DNA from: Eledone cirrhosa | Lineage: Eukaryota | Direction of reading: 5' to 3' | Assembly (NCBI GenBank): GCA_964016885.1 | Contig: OZ024762.1 | Coordinates: 19,654,001 to 19,718,000 of the forward strand | Length of the DNA: 64,000 bases | In this document: piece after piece, positions 52,250 to 64,000 of the stretch | How positions within the stretch are numbered: the stretch's first letter is position 1 | Layout: each line of letters opens with the position of its first letter | Notes under the pieces: model-generated | What the model was told of the DNA's origin: nothing | The model's database searches: none | What the model saw: only the letters and a program-made list of their open reading frames with translations | Program-made: the position numbers and the translations under genes

Positions 52250-52700
52250 GTAAAGCTGAGCTGTTTGTGTCTAACTTTTTATATTTTCTTAACGCTTTTG
52301 ATAACCAAACCATCCAAAACCACCCCTGGGTCTATGATACAAAGCTGAGCTGTTTGTGTTAAAGTTTTTATATTTTATTTAACCCTTTTGATAACCAAAC
52401 CATCCAAAACCACCCCTGGGTCTATGATACAAAGCTGAGCTGTTTGTGTTTAAGTTTTTATATTTTCTTAACCCTTTTGATAACCAAACCATCCAAAACC
52501 ACCCCTGGGTCTATGATACAAAGCTGAGCTGTTTGTGTCTAACTTTTTATATTTTCTTAACCCTTTTGATAACCAAACCATCCAAAACCACCCCTGGGTC
52601 TATGATACAAAGCTGAGCTGTTTGTGTCTAACTTTTTATATTTTCTTAACCCTTTTGATAACCAAACCATATAAAAATAACCCAAAATCAACCCTGGTTC
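52250..52700. repeat. ~89 bp tandem repeat (~5 units)
   Basis: CATCCAAAAC at 52311, 52401, 52490, 52579. Confidence 0.9.
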
Positions 52701-53594
52701 TATGACACAAAGCTGTTTGTTTTCAATTGTTTATATTTTATATAAAATCATTCCACCATTGTTACATTATTTCAAATTATTTAAAGACCCCCTCCCCACC
52801 TCCATCTTTCTGATACATGTATACACATACATATACATATATATGCACATACACACAAACACATATACATACACACATACATGCACATACGCACAAACAC
52901 ATACATACTTACACACATATGCACATACACACAAACATGCATTTCTCACTACACACACACACACACATACACATTTATGCACATATGCATGCACACATGT
53001 ATATATATACACACACACATATACACATACACGCAAACAAGCATTTCTCACCATAAACACACATGTATCTGCATACACACATCCACATACACAGACAAAT
53101 ATACATTTCTCACTGCACACATACATGCACACACACACACATACACACACAAATATACATGTCTCATTGCACACACACATACACACACAAATATACATGT
53201 CTCACTGCACACACACACATACACACACAAATATACATGTCTCACTGCACACACACACATACACACACAAATATGCATGTCTCATTGCACACATACACGC
53301 ACACGCACACTTCTCTCTACATACACACACAGAAACATTCCCAGTCCAAAATATAGAACCTATTACTATATATAGCAGGCATTTACACACACACACACTT
53401 CTTTCTATACACACACACACACTTCTCCCTATACACACACACACACACACACTTCTCTCTATACACACACACACACACTTCTCTCTATACACACACACAC
53501 TCTTCTCTCTATACACACACACACACTTCTCTCTACATACACACACTCACACACACACACACTTCTCTCTACATACACACACTCACACACACAC

Positions 53595-55250
<1,656 letters not shown>

Positions 55251-55599
55251 TTATTAATTTATATAAATAGCAGACATTTACAAACGTATAACCTTTCCCC
55301 ACGGCAGTTTGTTTGATCTCCCAGCAAAATTGTTTCCTCTCTTTGTCCTTTGTTCTCCCAAGATGAAGGTTTAACAATCTATTTGCTGATCTATCTGACC
55401 AGCTATAAATATCAATGAAATATATACTTTGTATTGTTATTGATTAACTAACTAACAATATTGGTAATTTCACCCCCACCACCTCACCTCATCTCATCTA
55501 CCATTTCCACCCCCCCCCCCCCCCACCTACCCCCCCCCCATTGGCAGCACTAACACCGTCACTACAATTGGTATCACCTCTACTAGTGCCACCAATACT

Positions 55600-56835
55600 A
55601 GCATCATCAGCACTAGTACCACCACCACCACTAGTACCTAACACCACTAGTACCACCACCACCACCACCACCACCACCACCACCACCACTAGTACCAAAC
55701 ACCACTAGTACCACCACCACTGCCACTAGCACCACCACAACTAGCATCATCACCACTAGTACCAGACACCACTAGTACCACCACAACACAACATCACACC
55801 ACAACACACCACAACACCACCACACCACCACAACCACCACACCACAACAACCACCACACCATACCACCACAACACCACACCATCATACTGTGGTGTGACA
55901 TACACCACCACACCACCATGACACCACACCATCATATCGTGGTGTCACATACACCACCACACCACCACAACACCACACCACCACAACCACGACACCACCA
56001 CAACCACCACACCACCACAACATCATATCGTGGTGTCACATACACCACCACACCACCACAACACCACACCACAACACCACACCATCATATCGTGGTGTCA
56101 CATACACCACCACACCACCACAACACCACACCACCACAACCACCACACCACCACAACATCATATTGTGATGTCACATACACCACCACACCACCACAACAC
56201 CACACCACCACAACCATGACACCACCACAACCACCACAACACCACACCATCATATTGTGGTGTCACATACACCACCACACCACCACAATACCACACCACC
56301 ACAACCACGACACCACCACAACCACCACAACACCACACCATCATACTGTGCTGTCACATACACCACAACACCACCACACCACCACACCACAACACCACAC
56401 CATCATACTGTGGTGTCATACACCACCACACCACCATACCACCACAACACCACACAATACCACCACAACACCACACCACCACACCACCACACCATACCAC
56501 CACAACACCACACCATACCACCACAACACCACACCACCACACCACCACACCACACCATACCACCACAACACCACACCATACCACCACACTACCACACCAC
56601 CACACCATACCACCACAACACCACACCACCACACCACCACACCACCACACCATACCACCACACCACCACACCACCACACCACCACACCATACCACCACAA
56701 CACCACACCACCACAACACCACACCACCACACCATACCACCACACCACCACACCATACCACCACAACACCACACCACCACACCACCACAACACCACACCA
56801 TACCACCACAACACTACACCATCATACTGTGCTGT
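55600..56835. repeat. CACCA/CAC degenerate minisatellite
   Basis: Seen directly. Confidence 0.9.
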
Positions 56836-57177
56836 CACAAATGAATGACAGGTTTTTTTCCCCCTTGTAAAAACTGACTCCAACATAGAATTTTGATTGG
56901 GAGATCTGACTTTTTCATTCATTCATCGTAGACATGGTTGTCATTATCATCACCATCACCATCATCATCATCACCACCATCATCACCATCACCATCATCA
57001 GCATCACCATCACCATCATCATCACCATCATCACCATCATCATGACCATCATCATCACCATCATCATCACCATTGTTTAATGTCTATTTTCCATGTTTAC
57101 AAAGGTTAGTCGGCTGTCACACTAAGGCCTGACTGGTCAGGTGACTAGCTCCTCCTTGTACGTTCCGTTTTGGTTTA

Positions 57178-60100
57178 GTTGCCCTTTCTAACACCGACCA
57201 CTTTACAGAGTGTACTGGGAGCATGGTTTCTACAGCTGGTTTCCCTTTCTAACACCAACCACTTTACAGAGTGTACTGGGAGCATGGTTTCTACAGCTGG
57301 TTGCCCTTCCTAACACCAACCACTTTACAGAGTGTACTGGGAGCATGGTTTCTACAGCTGGTTGCCCTTCCTAACACCAACCACTTTACAGAGTGTACTG
57401 GGAGCATGGTTTCTACAGCTGGTTGCCCTTTCTAACACCGACCACTTTACAGAGTGTACTGGGAGCATGGTTTCTACAGCTGGTTGCCCTTTCTAACACC
57501 GACCACTTTACAGAGTGTACTGGGAGCATGGTTTCTACAGCAGGTTGCCCTTTCTAACTCCAACTACTTTACAGAGTGTACTGGGAGCATGGTTTCTACA
57601 GCTGGTTTCCCTTTCTAACACCGACCACTTTACAGAGTGTACTGGGAGCATGGTTTCTACAGCAGGTTGCCCTTTCTAACTCCAACTACTTTACAGAGTG
57701 TACTGGGAGCATGGTTTCTACAGCTGGTTTCCCTTTCTAACACCGACCACTTTACAGAGTGTACTGGGAGCATGGTTTCTACAGCAGGTTGCCCTTTCTA
57801 ACTCCAACCACTTTACAGAGTGTACTGGGAGCATGGTTTCTACAGCTGGTTGCCCTTTCTAACACCGACCACTTTACAGAGTGTACTGGGAGCATGGTTT
57901 CTACAGCTGGTTGCCCTTTCTAACACCAACCACTTTACAGAGTGTACTGGGAGCATGGTTTCTACAGCTGGTTGCCCTTCCTAACGCCAACCACTTTACA
58001 GAGTGTACTGGGAGCATGGTTTCTACAGCTGGTTGCCCTTTCTAACACCAACCACTTTACAGAGTGTACTTGGAGCATGGTTTCTACAGCTGGTTGCCCT
58101 TTCTAACACCAACCACTTTACAGAGTGTACTGGGAGCATGGTTTCTACAGCTGGTTGCCCTTTCTAACACCAACCATTTTACAGAGTGTACTTGGAGCAT
58201 GGTTTCTACAGCTGGTTTCCCTTTCTAACACCGACCACTTTACAGAGTGTACTGGGAGCATGGTTTCTACAGCTGGTTGCCCTTTCTAACACCGACCACT
58301 TTACAGAGTGTACTGGGAGCATGGTTTCTACAGCTGGTTGCCCTTTCTAACACCGACCACTTTACAGAGTGTACTGGGAGCATGGTTTCTACAGCTGGTT
58401 GCCCTTCCTAACACCAACCACTTTACAGAGTGTACTGGGAGCATGGTTTCTACAGCTGGTTGCCCTTTCTAACACCGACCACTTTACAGAGTGTACTGGG
58501 AGCATGGTTTCTACAGCTGGTTGCCCTTTCTAACACCAACCACTTTACAGAGTGTACTGGGAGCATGGTTTCTACAGCTGGTTGCCCTTTCTAACACCAA
58601 CCACTTTACAGAGTGTACTGGGAGCATGGTTTCTACAGCTGGTTGCCCTTTCTAACACCAACCACTTTACAGAGTGTACTGGGAGCATGGTTTCTACAGC
58701 TGGTTTCCCTTTCTAACACCGACCACTTTACAGAGTGTACTGGGAGCATGGTTTCTACAGCTGGTTTCCCTTTCTAACACCGACCACTTTACAGAGTGTA
58801 CTGGGAGCATGGTTTCTACAGCTGGTTGCCCTTTCTAACACCAACCACTTTACAGAGTGTACTGGGAGCATGGTTTCTACAGCTGGTTTCCCTTTCTAAC
58901 ACCGACCACTTTACAGAGTGTACTGGGAGCATGGTTTCTACAGCTGGTTGCCCTTTCTAACACCGACCACTTTACAGAGTGTACTGGGAGCATGGTTTCT
59001 ACAGCTGGTTTCCCTTTCTAACACCAACCACTTTACAGAGTGTACTGGGAGCATGGTTTCTACAGCTGGTTGCCCTTCCTAACACCAACCACTTTACAGA
59101 GTGTACTGGGAGCATGGTTTCTACAGCTGGTTGCCCTTCCTAACACCAACCACTTTACAGAGTGTACTGGGAGCATGGTTTCTACAGCTGGTTGCCCTTT
59201 CTAACACCAACCACTTTACAGAGTGTACTGGGAGCATGGTTTCTACAGCTGGTTGCCCTTCCTAACACCAACCACTTTACAGAGTGTACTGGGAGCATGG
59301 TTTCTACAGCTGGTTGCCCTTCCTAACACCAACCACTTTACAGAGTGTACTGGGAGCATGGTTTCTACAGCTGGTTGCCCTTCCTAACACCAACCACTTT
59401 ACAGAGTGTACTGGGAGCATGGTTTCTACAGCTGGTTGCCCTTCCTAACACCAACCACTTTACAGAGTGTACTGGGAGCATGGTTTCTACAGCTGGTTTC
59501 CCTTTCTAACACCAACCACTTTACAGAGTGTACTGGGAGCATGGTTTCTACAGCTGGTTGCCCTTCCTAACACCAACCACTTTACAGAGTGTACTGGGAG
59601 CATGGTTTCTACAGCTGGTTGCCCTTCCTAACACCAACCACTTTACAGAGTGTACTGGGAGCATGGTTTCTACAGCTGGTTGCCCTTTCTAACACCAACC
59701 ACTTTACAGAGTGTACTGGGAGCATGGTTTCTACAGCTGGTTGCCCTTTCTAACACCGACCACTTTACAGAGTGTACTGGGAGCATGGTTTCTACAGCTG
59801 GTTGCCCTTTCTAACACCAACCACTTTACAGAGTGTACTGGGAGCATGGTTTCTACAGCTGGTTGCCCTTTCTAACACCAACCACTTTACAGAGTGTACT
59901 GGGAGCATGGTTTCTACAGCTGGTTGCCCTTTCTAACACCAACCACTTTACAGAGTGTACTGGGAGCATGGTTTCTACAGCTGGTTGCCCTTTCTAACAC
60001 CAACCACTTTACAGAGTGTACTGGGAGCATGGTTTCTACAGCTGGTTGCCCTTTCTAACACCAACCACTTTACAGAGTGTACTGGGAGCATGGTTTCTAC

Positions 60101-63100
60101 AGCTGGTTGCCCTTCCTAACACCAACCACTTTACAGAGTGTACTGGGAGCATGGTTTCTACAGCTGGTTGCCCTTTCTAACACCAACCACTTTACAGAGT
60201 GTACTGGGAGCATGGTTTCTACAGCTGGTTGCCCTTTCTAACACCAACCACTTTACAGAGTGTACTGGGAGCATGGTTTCTACAGCTGGTTGCCCTTTCT
60301 AACACCAACCACTTTACAGAGTGTACTGGGAGCATGGTTTCTACAGCTGGTTTCCCTTTCTAACACCAACCACTTTACAGAGTGTACTGGGAGCATGGTT
60401 TCTACAGCTGGTTGCCCTTTCTAACACCAACCACTTTACAGAGTGTACTGGGAGCATGGTTTCTACAGCTGGTTGCCCTTCCTAACACCGACCACTTTAC
60501 AGAGTGTACTGGGAGCATGGTTTCTACAGCTGGTTTCCCTTTCTAACTCCAACCACTTTACAGAGTGTACTGGGAGCATGGTTTCTACAGCAGGTTGCCC
60601 TTCCTAACTCCAACCACTTTACAGAGTGTACTTGGAGCATGGTTTCTACAGCTGGTTGCCCTTCCTAACACCAACCACTTTACAGAGTGTACTGGGAGCA
60701 TGGTTTCTACAGCTGGTTTCCCTTTCTAACACCAACCACTTTACAGAGTGTACTGGGAGCATGGTTTCTACAGCTGGTTGCCCTTTCTAACTCCAACCAC
60801 TTTACAGAGTGTACTTGGAGCATGGTTTCTACAGCAGGTTGCCCTTCCTAACACCAACCACTTTACAGAGTGTACTGGGAGCATGGTTTCTACAGCTGGT
60901 TTCCCTTTCTAACACCAACCACTTTACAGAGTGTACTGGGAGCATGGTTTCTACAGCTGGTTGCCCTTTCTAACTCCAACCACTTTACAGAGTGTACTTG
61001 GAGCATGGTTTCTACAGCAGGTTGCCCTTCCTAACACCAACCACTTTACAGAGTGTACTGGGAGCATGGTTTCTACAGCTGGTTGCCCTTCCTAACACCA
61101 ACCACTTTACAGAGTGTACTTGGAGCATGGTTTCTACAGCTGGTTGCCCTTCCTAACACCAACCACTTTACAGAGTGTACTGGGAGCATGGTTTCTACAG
61201 CTGGTTGCCCTTCCTAACACCAACCACTTTACAGAGTGTACTTGGAGCATGGTTTCTACAGCTGGTTGCCCTTCCTAACACCAACCACTTTACAGAGTGT
61301 ACTGGGAGCATGGTTTCTACAGCTGGTTGCCCTTCCTAACACCAACCACTTTACAGAGTGTACTGGGAGCATGGTTTCTACAGCTGGTTTCCCTTCCTAA
61401 CACCAACCACTTTACAGAGTGTACTGGGAGCATGGTTTCTACAGCTGGTTGCCCTTCCTAACACCAACCACTTTACAGAGTGTACTTGGAGCATGGTTTC
61501 TACAGCTGGTTGCCCTTTCTAACTCCAACCACTTTACAGAGTGTACTGGGAGCATGGTTTCTACAGCTGGTTGCCCTTCCTAACACCAACCACTTTACAG
61601 AGTGTACTGGGAGCATGGTTTCTACAGCTGGTTGCCCTTCCTAACACCAACCACTTTACAGAGTGTACTGGGAGCATGGTTTCTACAGCTGGTTGCCCTT
61701 CCTAACACCAACCACTTTACAGAGTGTACTGGGAGCATGGTTTCTACAGCTGGTTGCCCTTCCTAACACCAACCACTTTACAGAGTGTACTGGGAGCATG
61801 GTTTCTACAGCTGGTTTCCCTTCCTAACACCAACCACTTTACAGAGTGTACTGGGAGCATGGTTTCTACAGCTGGTTGCCCTTTCTAACACCAACCACTT
61901 TACAGAGTGTACTGGGAGCATGGTTTCTACAGCTGGTTGCCCTTTCTAACACTGACCACTTTACAGAGTGTACTGGGAGCATGGTTTCTACAGCTGGTTT
62001 CCCTTTCTAACACCGACCACTTTACAGAGTGTACTGGGAGCATGGTTTCTACAGCTGGTTTCCCTTTCTAACACCAACCACTTTACAGAGTGTACTTGGA
62101 GCATGGTTTCTACAGCTGGTTTCCCTTTCTAACACCAACCACTTTACAGAGTGTACTGGGAGCATGGTTTCTACAGCTGGTTGCCCTTTCTAACTCCAAC
62201 CACTTTACAGAGTGTACTTGGAGCATGGTTTCTACAGCTGGTTTCCCTTTCTAACACCAACCACTTTACAGAGTGTACTTGGAGCATGGTTTCTACAGCT
62301 GGTTGCCCTTTCTAACTCCAACCACTTTACAGAGTGTACTGGGAGCATGGTTTCTACAGCTGGTTGCCCTTTCTAACACCAACCACTTTACAGAGTGTAC
62401 TTGGAGCATGGTTTCTACAGCTGGTTTCCCTTTCTAACACCGACCACTTTACAGAGTGTACTGGGAGCATGGTTTCTACAGCTGGTTTCCCTTTCTAACA
62501 CCAACCACTTTACAGAGTGTACTGGGAGCATGGTTTCTACAGCTGGTTTCCCTTTCTAACACCGACCACTTTACAGAGTGTACTGGGAGCATGGTTTCTA
62601 CAGCTGGTTGCCCTTTCTAACACCGACCACTTTACAGAGTGTACTGGGAGCATGGTTTCTACAGCTGGTTTCCCTTTCTAACACCGACCACTTTACAGAG
62701 TGTACTGGGAGCATGGTTTCTACAGCTGGTTTCCCTTTCTAACACCGACCACTTTACAGAGTGTACTGGGAGCATGGTTTCTACAGCTGGTTTCCCTTTC
62801 TAACACCGACCACTTTACAGAGTGTACTGGGAGCATGGTTTCTACAGCTGGTTTCCCTTTCTAACACCGACCACTTTACAGAGTGTACTGGGAGCATGGT
62901 TTCTACAGCTGGTTGCCCTTTCTAACACCGACCACTTTACAGAGTGTACTGGGAGCATGGTTTCTACAGCTGGTTTCCCTTTCTAACACCGACCACTTTA
63001 CAGAGTGTACTGGGAGCATGGTTTCTACAGCTGGTTTCCCTTTCTAACACCGACCACTTTACAGAGTGTACTGGGAGCATGGTTTCTACAGCTGGTTTCC

Positions 63101-64000
63101 CTTTCTAACACCAACCACTTTACAGAGTGTACTGGGAGCATGGTTTCTACAGCTGGTTTCCCTTCCTAACTCCAACTACTTTACAGAGTGTACTGGGAGC
63201 ATGGTTTCTACAGCTGGTTGCCCTTTCTAACACCAACCACTTTACAGAGTGTACTTGGAGCATGGTTTCTACAGCTGGTTTCCCTTTCTAACACCAACCA
63301 CTTTACAGAGTGTACTTGGAGCATGGTTTCTACAGCTGGTTGCCCTTTCTAACACCAACTACTTTACAGAGTGTACTGGGAGCATGGTTTCTACAGCTGG
63401 TTGCCCTTCCTAACGCCAACCACTTTACAGAGTGTACTGGGAGCATGGTTTCTACAGCTGGTTGCCCTTTCTAACACCAACCACTTTACAGAGTGTACTG
63501 GGAGCATGGTTTCTACAGCTGGTTTCCCTTTCTAACTCCAACCACTTTACAGAGTGTACTGGGAGCATGGTTTCTACAGCTGGTTGCCCTTTCTAACACC
63601 AACCACTTTACAGAGTGTACTGGGAGCATGGTTTCTACAGCTGGTTGCCCTTTCTAACTCCAACCACTTTACAGAGTGTACTTGGAGCATGGTTTCTACA
63701 GCTGGTTGCCCTTTCTAACACCGACCACTTTACAGAGTGTACTGGGAGCATGGTTTCTACAGCTGGTTGCCCTTTCTAACACCGACCACTTTACAGAGTG
63801 TACTGGGAGCATGGTTTCTACAGCTGGTTGCCCTTTCTAACACCAACCACTTTACAGAGTGTACTGGGAGCATGGTTTCTACAGCTGGTTGCCCTTTCTA
63901 ACACCAACCACTTTACAGAGTGTACTGGGAGCATGGTTTCTACAGCTGGTTGCCCTTTCTAACACCAACCACTTTACAGAGTGTACTGGGAGCATGGTTT
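57178..64000. repeat. 61 bp satellite (~112 units, runs off the window) derived from the RTE/SINE 3' tail
   Basis: Unit tttctacagctggttgcccttYctaacaccaaccactttacagagtgtactgggagcatgg; preceded by (CAT)n and a degenerate tail start at 56940-57110. Confidence 0.95.

Overview
Repeat-saturated, AT-rich eukaryotic DNA with no recognisable host gene. SINE types and microsatellite density suggest a coleoid cephalopod, probably octopus (inference). Nearly all long ORFs in the track are low-complexity microsatellite artefacts. The real coding content is retrotransposon-derived: one near-intact RTE-clade LINE (APE + RT with an embedded PHD-like Cys/His finger, 13.1-16.7 kb), a decayed Naiad-like Penelope RT, a GIY-YIG C-terminus duplicated in a 1.3 kb palindrome, two Tx1/L1-type 3' fragments, and several RTE and CR1 fragments. 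There are many tRNA-derived SINEs and at least five satellites that arose by tandem amplification inside SINE or LINE copies. The most striking unexplained signal is about 11 sequence-diverse type I hammerhead ribozyme motifs (CUGANGA...GAAA...NUH, stems checked by eye). Most lie in short unique islands next to (TA)n tracts, several in tail-out fold-back palindromes and several with unusually long stem II. They point to a diverse, microsatellite-associated Penelope-like or retrozyme-like system.
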